Counted from the first letter of the stretch, positions 35,161 through 49,646 are shown. The stretch: 64,000 nucleotides of DNA from Basidiobolus meristosporus CBS 931.73 (GCA_002104905.1 MCFE01000191.1:62001-126000), one strand, 5' to 3'. Program-made: numbers and translations. The notes: generated by a model not told the origin, from the letters alone.

Positions 35161-36511
35161 TATCAAGCTGCATCTGCCAGGTAAGAGGCTGCATGATGCA
35201 ACTTGCTTTCTGGAGCAATTCCCTTAGCCTTGAAAGCTTCTTCATTCTGAAACAGCCAAGTTCCCAGGTTTTCATTGACTCTACTATGGTACTGGTTGAC
35301 CTTCACACTAAAGTTGCACTTGAGCATATGCTGAAAGTGCAAAACAAGTGGGAAAGAAAAATCATGTTGCTTGCAGAGTGCCAGCTAGGGACAAGCAGGC
35401 CAAAATATATGCCTCACAGCAGCATGTAGCAAGGAGAAAATGTAGTTCATTACAAGAGGCATTCAGTCAAAGTAACAGTGAAAGACCTGGCAGCAATAAA
35501 GTTAAGGTAGAGGGGAAAAAGTCAAGTAAAGCCAGAGACAAGGAAGCATGATAAGAAATCTACAGCTCTTGCCAATTAACTCCATAGGCCTAGAGGAAAC
35601 TGAATCTAGTCATAGCCAAGAAGTATTGCCAGCAAGAAAGCAGCTGTCTTCATAAGAGTTGGAAGCATAGCCAGTTGAGCTATGCTGTAGTGAGGTAGAT
35701 TAGTCTGCAGAGAAAGGCATTTGTCTATCACAGCCTCCATGCCCACCATTTTTGACAGAGTGAGGATCCCAGCTGTAGACAAAGTACCAACATCAAGAGC
35801 TGAAAAGACTATCACCATGCCTTCAGTGGAAATTTGGGATATTAATAGGCACACCAAGAGGTTTCAGCACCTCATCAAAAGCAGTGCTCAAGAAAATGAA
35901 CTTGAATATTGCTAGGATCTATTGCAATGACTGGCAGATGAGGTATTAGATCATGGAGCACCAACTGAAGACCAGGACATGTGGGAACCAGTGAATGAAC
36001 AGTGGCATAAAGCCAAAGGGTTCCTGCCAAAGTCATGGAAACAGAGTGAGACAGCAGAAATACTTACTGAGTAGCAGATTTTGATGGGGTTACTTGTTGA
36101 GTTTTGGGTTGTGCTTAATTTTAGTGTAGGGTATAGGGAATTGTATAGGTCTATACAACTTGCAACTGAGTTACAATTGAAGTTTGAATGGAGATAAATT
36201 GATTTGTATACATATAAAGTCAGCAAAACAATTGAGTCAGAGAGTTAGAAGTATGAAGCAGAGGCAATATCCAACTAATGTGTACCAACACAGGATGTGA
36301 TAGAGTGTCTGGAATCAGAAAGTGAAAAAATTGGCAAATTACCAATCAATAACCGCATTTGTATAGTTGTGATGAAAATTTTGATCAAATTTTTTGTGTA
36401 ATCTGGGGTGTTATTATTTTCTGACAGTCTTTGCACAGTGTCCTGATGCAATCAACACCTCTCAGTTACCAGACTCTAAATTTGTAATGGCCTCTTGATG
36501 GCATCCTCACA
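35161..36511 (+). repeat. Family I, about 1.35-kb LTR-like repeat with a decayed reading frame
   Basis: Shares a right end (...TCACA) with the copies ending at 50494 and about 52247; left end tentative. Confidence 0.6.
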
Positions 36512-37321
36512 GTAATTTTTAATGGGGTCAGTTAATTAATGCAAAGTTGGGCTGGATACAACAAGCAACTATCTTCTATTAGGAAAACTCTACCAAGGTA
36601 TGCCAGACTTCTCTTGGCCACAAGCCAATTTCTATTTCATTCAATACAGAACTTACACAAACAAGAGTCAGAATGCACCCATAATGGGGACTACAACCTA
36701 GCAGGGAAAAGGAGTATATTGGCTAAGTACCAAATGGTTCTTAGCAGATATTTGGGAGGTATTTGTGGCAGAAGTGGAAGCAACCAAGCAAATATTTGTG
36801 AGATGTATATTTTACCAGCAATACAAGGTGTATGGTAACTTTGCAGGCATTACACTACAAAGCCATAATGTTGAGGTTATAAAAATATGTCAATTGTTGC
36901 AGGTGTCTGTGTTTGTAGAAGTTAATAAGCAGGAGGCCATAGTTTTTTTGAATAGAACTATCTGTTGAATACACAAGGCAGTAGTGGGTAAGCAATCAAA
37001 GAGGTGTGATTCAATAGTGGAATATATGAATTGTGCAGGGGAGGTAGAAAAAGGATATACCATCTGGTAGATGTTTTAAAAATTTGTATTTCCACCTAAA
37101 TATTCACCTAACTTAGTCACTTAGATCATCATCTTCAAATCCTAGAGAATACTGACCTAATTCCTTGTCGGGATTTACTTAGAATATTTTCACCAAAATA
37201 CCAGGTACCCAGAACATGATAATTCTCAAAGTTGTCCAAACAGCCCCAAACTTTGCACACATGTTCTTGGGACCTTCCTTAACCTATTCTACGTGTTTGT
37301 AATGCCAAGACCAGGTAAAAG

Positions 37322-37349
37322 TATAAATACTACTTTTACATTCAATAAA
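37322..37349 (+). promoter_or_regulatory. TATA box (37322-37328) and AATAAA (37344-37349) in the Copia-A LTR
   Basis: TATAAAT and AATAAA motifs, present in most LTR copies. Confidence 0.55.
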
Positions 37350-37420
37350 TCATTAAGTGAAATCCACATAATCTACTTGCTCTCCAAATCACTTCCAATA
37401 TCTCCAAGACTCTTACAACA

Positions 37421-37432
37421 GGTTATGAGCCC
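37421..37432 (+). other. Copia primer-binding site complementary to the initiator tRNA-Met anticodon arm
   Basis: GGTTATGAGCCC is the reverse complement of GGGCTCATAACC; also present at 49285-49296 (-). Confidence 0.85.
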
Positions 37433-37451
37433 CAAGCTGTCACTCTCTGCA

Positions 37452-40400
37452 ATGTCTACTACTGCTATTACTGGAATTTTTCCCTCTGCTGAAAAGTTGG
37501 ATGGCTCTAACTACCAAGTGTGGAAGGTGAAGATGAAGATGCTGCTACAAGAAAGAGGCCTTTGGGATATTGTCATGGGAGAAGAATGCCCTCCTAAAAA
37601 CGTGGGAGAGGAAGCCTTAAAGTACCAGAAGAAAGAACAAAGTGCCTTTAACTGCATTTGCCTTAATGTCAAGGACAAATTGCTAATTCAATGCTCAAGA
37701 CCAAAAATGGCAAAGAATGCCTGGAAGGCATTAGAAGACACCTACCAGTCATGTTCAGCTGCCAAGAAAATGTATCTGAGAAGAAAATTCTTTACTACAA
37801 AGATGCTGCCAGGAGATGAAATGAAAAATCTAATTAACAGAATTACCCTGCTGGTAGATGAGATGGAATCTGTGGGCATTCCAACTACTGATGAGGATGT
37901 CATAGTTACCATCCTGAATAGCCTGACAGACAAGTTTCAGGGCCTTGTATCAGCCCTAGAGTCCAGAACTGAAGATTTGACCTTAAATTACGTATATGGA
38001 AGGCTCCTGGATGAAGAATTAAGAAAATCAAGCGCCAATAAGAAGGAAGAAGAAATGCTTTAATAAGCAGTGATAACCAACAAAGGAGGTACCCAAGACC
38101 CTACAAAGGCAACAGCAACCTATTTTGCAACTACTGCAAAAGGAAAGGACACACATCAGACCGGTGTCTCAAAAAGAGAGATTATTGGCAAAAGAAGCCT
38201 GAATATGGAAATACTGCAACAACTGAAGATAGACTACTCATACCTGCACTAAATATGACCACAAACAAGGATTCTCAGACATGGTATATTGACTCAGGAG
38301 CTTTTCAACACTTTACACACCAAAAAGAACTTTTTACCCAATATCAAGAAATTCCAATTATGAAGGTTTTCATGGGTGACAATAGAATCCTTGATGCAGT
38401 GGGAGAAGGAACTATCCAAGTAAACCTTAGAAGCAGTGAAGGCAGCCATACACTGACCTTGAAAGAAGTACTCTATGTACCAGAAATAGCCAAGAACCTA
38501 CTCTCTGTAAGCAAGGCCACAGCAGAAGGACTCAGTTTCAGTTTTGACAATTCTGGATGCAGGATCACTGATCAAAATGGTGCTCATATTGCTTTGGGCA
38601 TCAGAGATCAGAATCTATACAAGTTGACTTATATACCATCATATTTGGAAGCCAATATAAGTAACTTAAATGAAAATATACCAATGCTTTGGCACAGGAG
38701 ATTTGGGCACATCAGTTTTGATTATTTGCGCAAAATGATCAAAGATCAGCAAATTTTTGGAGTGAAAATTGATCCTCCAGCTAATTTGGAGCACTGTGAA
38801 GCCTGCATATATGGGAAACAAGCCAGACAACCGTTCAAGAGCTCTGGGTTAATCAAATCTAAGAAAAAATTAGATCTAATTCACTCAGATCTGTGTGGAC
38901 CTATGCAAAATTTATCCTTAGGCGGGATGAAGTATTTGATCACTTTTATTGATGATTATACAAGATACACATGGGTCTACTTCATGGAGAGAAAGGAAGA
39001 AGCTCTGTCTAAGCTCAAGGAGTTTAAAGCCATGGTAGAGAGAGAAACTAGTGAAAAAATCAAGAAAATACGCTCTGACAATGGTGGAGAATATACCTCA
39101 AAACTCTTCATCCACTTCTGCAAAATTCATGGGATAAAGCAAGAGACTACTGTACCATACTCCCCACAGCAAAATGAAGTAGCAGAACAAGCTAACAGAT
39201 CAATAATTGATATGGCAAGATCTATGATCCATGATCAAAAATTATCTTATGATTTTTGGGCAGAATCAGTTGCCACTGCTGTATATCTTAAAAATAGGAG
39301 TTATAACAGAATACTTTGTGATTCTACTCCATTTGAAGCATGTAATGGATACAGACCAAGCGCAGAACATCTAAGAATATTTGGGTGTACAGCATATGCC
39401 AAAAAACTGGCCGGAAATCAGTCAAAATTTGAGCCAAAAAGTGTAAAATGCATATTTTTGGGCTACTGCAATGAGAGTAAGGCATACAGACTCTACAATA
39501 CCAAAGCAAAGAAGCTGATCAAGTCCAGGGGTGTGTTGTTTGATGAAATTCAAAATTTTCACAAAAAATGAAGTCAGATGATGACAAAAATTTGATTGCA
39601 AGTCCACCAATTGTCAGGATTGAATCAGAGCAAAACAGTGAAAATTTTTTCACTCCAGAGGACTCTACAACCATGGTTCAGCCAGAATCAGTGCCCAGGA
39701 ATATCCCAGAAGTGATCATTGCAGTATCAAATGCCCGGAGATCCAATCGGACAAGAAATAGCCCAAATTACTATATCAATGAGGGTACAAACTTAGCCTA
39801 TGCCTATTCAGTCCATATTGATGAACCCCAGTCTGTAAAAGAGGCCCTAAATAGCCCTCAGACAAAGTTTTGGAGATCTGCAATGGCTGAGGAATATCAG
39901 GCCCTGATGGAAAATCAAACTTGGGACTTAGTCAAATTACTAATCAACCAAAAATCAATTGGATGCAGATGGGTCTTCAAGACAAAATACAAGGCTGATG
40001 GCACAATTGAAAGATACAAAGCAAGACTTGTAGCCAAAGGATACTCTCAAACAAATGGACTTGACTATACTGAGACCTTTGCACCGGTAGCCAAGTTTAA
40101 TTCCATCAGATTAATATTGGCTATTGCAGCTAAATATAAGTTTTTTATTCATCAAATGGATGTAAAAACTGCATTTTTGAATGGAAAACTTGATGAGGAC
40201 GTGTATATGGACCAGCCTGATGGGTTTATTGACCAAGATAACCCCCATTTTGTCTGCAAGCTTAAAAAGTCACTATATGGTCTCAAACAATCACCAAGAG
40301 CCTGGAATTGCAAGATAGATTCTCATTTGGAATCTTTGCGTTTCAACAGGAGTAATGCTGACTATAGTATATACTATAAGCCAGATAGAGCAAATCCAGT

Positions 40401-41395
40401 TCTATTAGCTCTATATGTGGATGATCTTATTATAGCCACCAATAACCTAGAAACATATGGAAGAGACTAAATCCAGCCTATCCAAGGAGTTCAAGATGTC
40501 CAATCTAGGAGAACTTAGTTACTACTTAGGGACTAGGTTCTCCATAGACAGAAGTATCCAGACTATCACCCTAAGCCAATCCAAGTATATTCAAGATATA
40601 CTAAAGAAGTACAAAATGGAAGACTGTAAACCGGCAGCTACCCCAATGGAGACAAACATTAACTTGATCAAAACTCAACCCAATCAAGAGAGCTTGGTGC
40701 CATCTGAAAGCCCTGACTTTCCTTATCAATCTATGGTTGGCATACTGATGTATATCATGCTTGGAACATGTCCAGATATCTCATATTCAGTGGGAGTTGT
40801 CAGCCAACATAATCAGAACTATGGATCTGATCATATTGCAGCAGTTAAGTGGATTTTTAGATACCTAAAAGAAGCTGGTGATATCTGCTAAAGATACACT
40901 TATAAGGGTTTAGGACAGGATCTTGTGGGATACTCTGATGCTGGTTGGGGACACAATTTAGAAGACAGAAGTTCCACCACAGGATACACCTTTCTTTACT
41001 GTAAAGGAGTAATTTCATGGAATTCAAGAAAGCAACCAACCATAGCACTTTCCACCGCAGAGGCAGAGTATATGGCAGCCTGTGAAGCTACAAAGGAAGC
41101 AATGTGGCTAAGAAAGCTGCTTACAGATTTAGGCCTATGTCAAAAAACGCCTATTACTTTATTTGAAGATAATCAAGGATGTAAACAATTAGGTAGAAAT
41201 CCAACTTTTCATGCTAGAACCAAGCACATAGATATTAGACAGCATTTCATACGTGAAGCTATAGAGAATAACTTAGTTAGCTTAGTTTACTGTCCCACAG
41301 ATGAAATGATTGCAGACATATTTACCAAACCATTAGCTAGAGACAAGTTTGAATATCTTAGGTCAAAATTAGGACTAGTCAGTATGAACATTTAG
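37452..41395 (+). pseudogene. gag-pol: Copia gag-pol polyprotein with about four frameshifts
   Basis: gag from ATG 37452; CNYCKRKGHTSDRC knuckle at 38126-38167; protease WYIDSGA; integrase; RT YVDD; RNase H. Frame breaks near 38055, 39568, 40450 and 40880. Confidence 0.95.
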
Positions 41396-42779
41396 CTGAG
41401 TGGAAGTGTTGTAAAAATTTGTATTTCCACCTAAATATTCACCTAACTTAGTCACTTAGATCATCATCTTCAAATCCTAGAGAATACTGACCAAACTCCT
41501 TGTCAGGATTTACTTAGAATATTTTCACCAAAATACCAGGTACCCAGAACATGATAATTCTCAAAGTTGTCCAAACAGCCCCAAACTTTGCACACATGTT
41601 CTTGGGACCTTCCTTAGCCTATTCTACGTGTTTGAAATGCCAAGACCAGGTAAAAGTATAAATACTCTCTTACATTCAATAAATCATTAAGTGAAAACCA
41701 CATAATCTACTTGTTCTCCAAATCACTTCCAATATCTCCAAGACTCTTACAACAATAGATTGGTACAATGGCATTATACAGAACTAGCTGTAGGTTACCT
41801 TACTGCCATGATAGTACCACTGGAGGCTCACAATGAGGCCATCAAAACACCATCATGTTATTTGCCATTTAAGGCAATTAGATGTACTGGCTGGTTGAAT
41901 CCACTCATAGTTGTAGAGCACACTAAGACTGCAACAATTCCATGCCACCCTTGGTAAAATAGTGCCCAAACACTGTTATGGTTTTTAATTTATTTGGCAG
42001 TAAGTGAGAGTATTGGCAGTGAACCCACACCCTGGATACTTATATATCATCTATGATACCAGTGCAGCTATTTAATCTCTCTTGCACCAACACAATCCAT
42101 TGTGTGCTAACTATGACACCTAGTCCAATTGCTAAGATCAGGGATTTAGTTGCCCAATGGGCAAAATGGGATATTTGATTGCAATTCAGGCAGCTTGTGT
42201 ATTGGTCATTGAGCTAATTGTGGGCTCACAGATTCAAGATACTTTTAGACCAATTAAGCACTGACATATTGTCCAATTGGAGTGATGGTGACCAAAATGC
42301 TATGTATCATTGTAGTTTGTTGTGTGATATGCATTTATTTCCATTTACAGTAAAGAAACATATCCATATACCAAATTTTCCCTGCCATAATAGTGGTGTC
42401 TGATTGTGCACGTGATGCAAGCACTTGAGTTGACACAATCATCTGCTCCAACCTCATTGTGTCAGATTGTGCCATAGTATTGAGGATTGTCCCATATTGT
42501 GCAAAATTGGCCCAGAGCAATCTGGCATACTTGTAGCCATAGTAATATGCCCAATTGTTCCTAACAGCCAAGGACTGCACTGCACACCCTGGCATAGTAG
42601 AATTGAACAAGCTCAATATAAAAGTAAATAAGTTGACCAAAGCCGGAGATATGAAAGCATGTGAAAAAAGTTGCAGTTCTCGCTAACTAACACCAGCATT
42701 GCAGACCAGGCATAGCCCTTTAATAGCCAGGAAATGTAATTTACAAGGCAACAGCTGTCTTCACAAGAGCTGGCAGCTT

Positions 42780-43837
42780 TATGGTGGTGTCAACGTCTAA
42801 GGGAGAGATATATCCAACACTTCTGAGGTTTTTTGTGTGAGGAGTGTTCACTGGGTCCATTAACCTCTCTCAAAGCTTGCTAGGAGTACTTGGATTTGTC
42901 CCTACTTTAATATCAAGGGAGCAAAGCCACAAGCTTGTTAAGGGAGAAATACAGAGCTACAATACTCAACTTGATTAGTATCTAAATACAAGTATGTGCT
43001 GTGTTCAGCATCCTTTGAGATGACAATGTTCTAATGCTTCCCAAGTCAAATCAACTACAAGCTCTACCAGCAAGGACTTGATAAGAAGGCAGGTGTGGTC
43101 AATAATTGTAAAGACAGAAAAATATCTTTGCCTATACAAGAACTAACTTGGAGAAGAATAAAATTATCAAAATCTACTTACTCTGAATATTCCTCAAAAG
43201 TAGTGCCTCCAAGATCAATAGGTATCAGTGCAGCTTCCAGGGAGCGGCCTGTGGTCTGTGATTGAGAGCTCAGGCAGCATCAAGTAGCAGTAATCACACT
43301 AATCAAGGACTGGTATATTGATGAAAGGGATGATGATTTATTGTTAAGGGATTGGCCCACTTATATGCTTTCCTTACTAGCCAAGTGATTACTAGTCATG
43401 GTGCTCTAAAAGGTTCCAGAGGCCAAGCAGAGGTCTTACAGACATCTGAATAAACTAACAGTGAAAGTAGATGCTAGAAGGTTTTAAGAGGCACAGTATA
43501 TCTAACTAAACAGGAAGCAATTTTCTATAACCTGCATAACATACAGATATGATATGGGATGAAAATGGTAGCAATGGTAATATGGTTTGGTCATATATCA
43601 CAGGTACGGCATGGAAACTTGCCTAATATTGGCGCACCTACATCTAGTAATCTACATGAAGTGAGAATTTTCTTATGCAATAGAATAAGCAGGTGTCATA
43701 GATAGCCAGCTGATAGAGTACTACTGATTAGATAAGACAAAGAGGATAAACTAAAAAGAGCGTGGTAGAAAAATAAGGAAGTAGAAAATGTGGGAATGTG
43801 CACTTATGTCTGTGGGTGTCACCCTGACCCCACTACA
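42780..43837 (-). mobile_element. Solo LTR-G, TSD not intact
   Basis: Reverse complement of 52303-53353; flanks GCTT and GTGC. Confidence 0.82.
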
Positions 43838-43878
43838 GTGCAGCTGGCTTAGGCACACTCCAGTGTTGTAGATGGGCT

Positions 43879-46800
43879 TGTTGTAAGAGTCTTGGAGATA
43901 TTGGAAGTGATTGGGGGAACAAGTAGATTATGTGGTTTTCACTTAATGATTTATTAAATGCAAAAGTAGTATTTATACTTTTACATAGTCTTGACGTTAC
44001 AAACACATAGAATAAGTTAAGGAAGGTCCCAAAAACATGTCTGTAAAGTTTGGGGCTGTTTGAACAACTTTGAGAATTTTCATGCTCTGGGCACCTGGTA
44101 TTTTGGTGAAAATATTCTAAGTAAATCCTGACAAGGAGTTTGGTCAGTATTCTCTAGGATATGAAGATAATGATCTAAGTAACTAAGTCAGGTGTATATT
44201 TAGGTGGAAATACAAGTTTTTACAACACTCCTGCTCAGCTAAATGCTCATACTGACTAGTCCTAATTTTGACCTAAGATATTCAAACGTATCTCTAGCTA
44301 ATGGTTTGGTAAATATGTCTGCAATCATTTCATCTGTGGGACAGTAAACTAAGCTAACTAAGTTATTCTCTATAGCTTCACGTATGAAATGCTGTCTAAT
44401 ATCTATGTGCTTGGTTCTAGCATGAAAAGTTGGATTTCTACCTAATTGTTTACATCCTTGATTATCTTCAAATAAAGTAATAGGTGTATTTTGACAAAGA
44501 CCTAAATCTGTAAAAAGTTTTCTGAACCACATTGCTTCTTTTGTAGCTTCACAGGCTGCCATACACTTTGCCTCTGTGGTGGAAAGTGCTATGACTGGTT
44601 GCTTTCTTGAATTCCATGAAATTACTCCTTTACAGTAAAGAAAGGTGTATCCTGTGGTGGATCTTCTGTCTTCCAAATTTTGTCCCCAACCAGCATCAGA
44701 GTATCCCACAAAATCCTGTTCTGAATCCTTATAAGTGTATCTTAAGCAGATATCACCAGCTCCTTTTAGGTATCTAAAAATCCACTTAACTGCTGCAATA
44801 TGATCAGATCCATAGTTCTGATTATGTTGGCTGACAACTCCCACTGAATATGAGATATCTGGACATGTTCCAAGCATGATATACATCAGTATGCCAACCA
44901 TAGATTGATAAGGAAAGTCAGGGCTTTCAGATGCCACCAAGCTCTCTTGACTTGGTCAAGTTTTGACCAAGTTAATGTTTGTCTCAATTGGGGTAGCTGC
45001 TGGTTTACAGTCTTCCATTTTATACTACTTTAGTATATCTTTAATATACTTGCATTGGCTTAGGGTAAAAGTCTGGGTACTTCTGTTTATCAAGAGCTTA
45101 ATCCCTAGGTAGTAACTGAGTTATCCTAGATTGGACATCTTGAGCTCCTTAGATATGTTGGATTTTGTCTCTTCTGATGTTTCTATGTTGTTGGTGGCTA
45201 TGATAAGATCATCCACATATAGAGCTAATAGAGCTAGATTTGCTCTATCTGGCTTATAGCATATACTATAGTCAGCATTACTCCTGTTGAAACGCAAAGA
45301 TTCCAAATGAGAATCTATCTTGCAATTCCAGGCTCTTGGTGATTGTTTAAGACCATATAGTGACTTTTTAAGCTTGCAGACCAAATGGGGGTTATCTTGG
45401 TCAACAAGCCCCTCCGGCTGGTCTATATACACATTCTCATCAAGTTTTCCACTCAAAAATGCAGTTTTTACATCCATTTGATGAATAAAAAACTTATATT
45501 TGGCTGCAATAGCCAATATTAATCTGATGGAATTAAACTTGGCTACTGATGCAAATGTCTCAGTATAGTCAAGTCCTTTTGTTTGAGAGTATCATTTGGC
45601 CACAAGTCTTGCTTTGTATCTTTTGATTGTACCATCAGCCTTGTATTTTGTCTTGAAGACCCATTGGCATCCAATTAATTTGTGGTTGATTGGTAATTTG
45701 ACTAGTCCCAAGCTTGATTTCCCATCAGGGCCTGGTATTCCTTAGTCATTGCAGATCTCCAAAACTTTGTCTGAGGGCTATTTAGGGCCTCTTTTACAGT
45801 CTGGGGCTCATCAATATGAACTGATTAGGCATAGGCTAAGTTTGTACCCTCATTGATATAGTAATTTAGACTATTTCTTATCCAATTGGATCTCCAGACA
45901 CTTGATACTGGAATGATCACCTCTGGGTTATTCCTGGGCACAGATTCTGGCTGAACCTTGGTTGTAGAGTCCTCTGGAGTGAACAAAATTTCATTGTTTT
46001 GCTCTGATTCAATCATGACAATTGGTGGATTTGAGATCAGATTTTTGTCATCATCTGATGTCATTCTTTGTTAAATATTTTGAAATTTCATCAAACAACA
46101 CATCCCTCAACTTGATTATTGTCTTCGCTTTGGTATTGTAGAGTATGTACACTTTACTCTCATTGCAGTAGCCCAAAAATATGCATTTTACACTTATTGG
46201 CTCAAATTTTGACTGATTTCCGGCCAGTTTTTTGGCATATGCTGTACACCCAAATATTCTTAGATGTTCTGCACTTGGTCTGTATCCATGCCATGCTTCA
46301 AAGGGAGCAGAATCACAAAGTATCCTGTAATAACTCCAATTTTTAAGATATACAGCAGTGGCAACTGATTCTGCCCAAAAATCATAGGATAATTTTTGAT
46401 CATGGATCATAGATCTTGCCATATCATTTATTGATCTGTTAGCACGTTCTGCTACTCCGTTTTGCTGTAGAGAGTATGGTACAGTAGTCTCTTGCTTTAT
46501 CCCATGAGTTCTGCAGAAGTGGATGAAGAGTTTTGAGGCATATTCTCCACCATTGTCAGAGCATATTTTCTTAATTTTTTCACCAGTTTCTCTCTCTACC
46601 ATGGCTTTAAACTCCCTGAACTTAGACAGAGCTTTTTCCTTTCTCTCCATGAAGTAGACCCATGTGTATCTTGTATAATCATCAACAAATGTGATTAAAT
46701 ACTACATCCTGCCTAAGGATAAATTTTGCATAAGTCCACACAGATCTGAGTGAATTAGACCTGTTTTTTTCTTAGTTTTGATGAACCCAGAGCTCTTGAA

Positions 46801-49646
46801 CAATTGTCTGGCTTGTTTCCCATATATGCAGGCTTCACTGTACTCCAATTAGCTGGGGGATCAATTTTTACTCCAGAAATTAGCTGATCTTTGATCATTT
46901 TAGGCAAATAATCAAAATTGATGTTACCAAATCTCCTGTGCCAAAGCATTGGTGTTTCTTCATTTAAGTTACTTATATTGGCTTCCAAATATAATGGAAT
47001 ATAAGTCAACTTGTATAGATTCTGATCTCTAATACCCCAAGCAATATGGGCACCATTTTGATCAGTGATCATGCATCCAAATTTATCAAAGATGAAACTG
47101 AGTCCTTCTGTAGTGGCCTTGCTTACAGATAGTAGGTTCTTGGCTATTTCTGGTACATAGAGTACTTCTTTGAAAGTTAGTGTATGGCTTCCTTCACTGC
47201 TTCTTAGGTTTACTTGGATAGTTCCTTCTCCCACTGCATCAGGTGTTCTATTGTCACCCATGAAAACCTGCCTAATTGGAATTTCTTGATATTGGGTAAA
47301 AAGTTCTTTTTGGTGTGTTCAGTGTTGAGATACTCCAGAGTCAATATACCATATCTGAGAATCCTTGTTTGTGGTCATATTTAGTGCAGGTATGAGTAGT
47401 CTATCTTCAGTTGTTGCAGCATTTCCATATTCAGGCATCTTTTGCTGATTATCTTTCCTTTTGAAGCACTGGTCTGATGTGTGTCCTTTCCTTTTGCAGT
47501 AGTTACAAAACAGGTTGCTGTTGCCTTTGTAGGGTCTTGAGTACCTCCTTTGTTGGTTATGGCTGCTTATTAAAGCATTTTCTTCTTCCTTCTTGTTGGC
47601 ACTGTGGTGGGGTCACAGTGACACCCATTGGCAGGTGTGCTCATTCCCATATGTTCACTTCCCTAAAAAGGATTCCCCCCCTCCTATATTAGTATCATCC
47701 CAAATTGCAATATTTTCTATCTGTCTATGTGATTATTACTATGTGACCTGGCAACCTATTTGTTACTATTGACCCATTGCACAAGCTATTCCTATTCCTT
47801 GCCATGATGCACAGATAAGATAGTTACCATATAAGGCAAGTACGCCAAACAGTGCCTATGTCATGTGACCATCCTGGTATCATAACCCTCCTATCCTACT
47901 ACCATATGAGGTAACTACATGACACAGAGGTTTCATATTACCACTATCTGATTGGCTAGTTGCTACTATGTCTCATGGAACAATCCACCAAGAATTTGAG
48001 CTATTTTTAGTACACAATGACATGATGGATTGTGTACTACCTTCTGGAAACATCCAGAAAGTATTTCTAGCAAGAATTTCAGCAGCAAAAAAGCATATAG
48101 GGGAGAATATCCCTTATAATAAATCATCCCTCTTCCAATATTCCAACTTATTGATTAGTGAAATCACCACTGCCTATTACCACTACTTTCTGACTCAGAC
48201 CTGACAATACTCCCAGGAAACCACGCTGACAGCCAACTGACCTTGGTGGCACTACTTGTGAGGAATACTCAGAGTAGGTATATTTTATTATATTTGATTG
48301 TTTTGACAAGTTTGTTCTTGTACAGGCAAAGATACTTTTCAGTCTTTGTAACCATTGGTCAAAGCTGCATTCTTATCAAGTCCCTGTTGGTGGAGTTTAC
48401 AGTTGTTTTGACTTTGGAAGCATTAGTACACTGTCATTGCAAAGGACATTGAAGCCAGTATAAACTTTTGTTAAGACGCCAACTAAGTTGGGGATTGTAA
48501 TTCAATAGTTTTCCCTTGACAAGCTTGAGGCATTATCCCCCTTCACATTAGATTAGACAAAAGACCCAGTATTCCTAGCAAGCTTTTTCCAGAGGTTATT
48601 GCACCCAGTGAACACCCCACACACATTCACACTTTAGAAATGTTGGCCATATTTTGCCCTTTGGACTTATACACCACCGCAGCGCTTGATTTTCTTACTT
48701 CTTCATCCAGGAGCCTTCCATATATGTGATTTAAGGTCAAATTTTCAATTCTGGACTCTAGGGCTGATACAAGGCCTTGACACTTGTCTGTCAGGCTATT
48801 CAGGATGGTAATTATCACATCCTCATCAGTAGTTGGTACACCCACAGATTCCATTTCATCTACCAGCAGGGTAATTCTGTTAATTATATTTTTCATTTCT
48901 TCTCCTGGCAGAATCTTTGTAGTAAAGAATTTTTGTCTCAAAGACATTTTCTTAGCAGCTGAACATGACTGGTAGGTGTCTTCTAATGCCTTCCAGGCAT
49001 TCTTTTCCATTTTTGCTCTTGAGCATTGAATTAGCAATTTGCCTTTAACATTAAGGCAAATGCAGTTGAAGGCACTTTGTTCTTTCTTCTGGTACTTTAA
49101 GGCTTCCTCCCCCACATCTTTAGGAGGGCATTCCTCTCCCATGACAATATCCCAAAGGCCTCTTTCTTGTAGCAGCATCTTCATCTTCACCTTGCACACT
49201 TGGTAGTTAGATCCATCCAACTTTTCAGCAGAGGGAAAAATTCCAGTAATAGCAGTAGTAGACATTGCAGAGAGTGACAGCTTGGGGCTCATAACCTGTT
49301 GTAAGAGTCTTGGAGATATTGGAAATGATTGCAAGAACAAATAGATTATGTGGCTTTCCACTTAATGATTTATTGAATATAAAAGTAGTATTTATACTTT
49401 TACCTGGTCTTGGCATTACAAACACATAGAATAGGCTAAGGAAGGTCCCAAGAGCTTGTGTGCAAAGTTTGGGGCTGTTTGGACAAGTTTGAGAATTTTC
49501 ATGTTCTGGGTACCTGGTATTTTGGCAAAAATATTCTAAGTAAATCCTGACAAGGAATTTGGTCAGTATTTTCTAGGATATAAAGGTAATGATCGATGTG
49601 ACTAAGTTAGGTGCATATTTAGGTGGAAATACAAATTTTTACAACA
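43879..49646 (-). mobile_element. Full-length Copia-A with LTR-G inserted in gag
   Basis: LTRs 43879-44227 and 49297-49646; perfect TSD GGGCT; PBS 49285-49296; pol ORF pieces at 44239-47261 and gag at 48627-49361. Confidence 0.96.
47603..48681 (+). mobile_element. Solo LTR-G
   Basis: TG...CA; TSD GCAC/GCGC; the empty site in the 37-kb copia reads GCGC. Confidence 0.92.

Larger units (their letters stand above)
37072..41754 (+). mobile_element. Full-length Copia-A (4683 bp), non-functional
   Basis: LTRs 37072-37420 and 41407-41754; TSD GTAGA/ATAGA; PBS 37421-37432; PPT 41397-41406. Confidence 0.97.
36512..41960 (+). repeat. CACTA-associated 3' sequence split by Copia-A (pieces 36512-37071 and 41755-41960)
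   Basis: The pieces rejoin to match the uninterrupted copies at 4800-5520 and 58700-59290. Confidence 0.8.

Noticed and set aside
37293-37451. N-terminal gag extension reading through the LTR and PBS (MFVMPRPGKS...)
   Set aside because: Its start codons lie upstream of the LTR TATA box (37322), and the frame is broken by indels in other LTR copies (about 41665 and 49365). Most likely a chance open frame.
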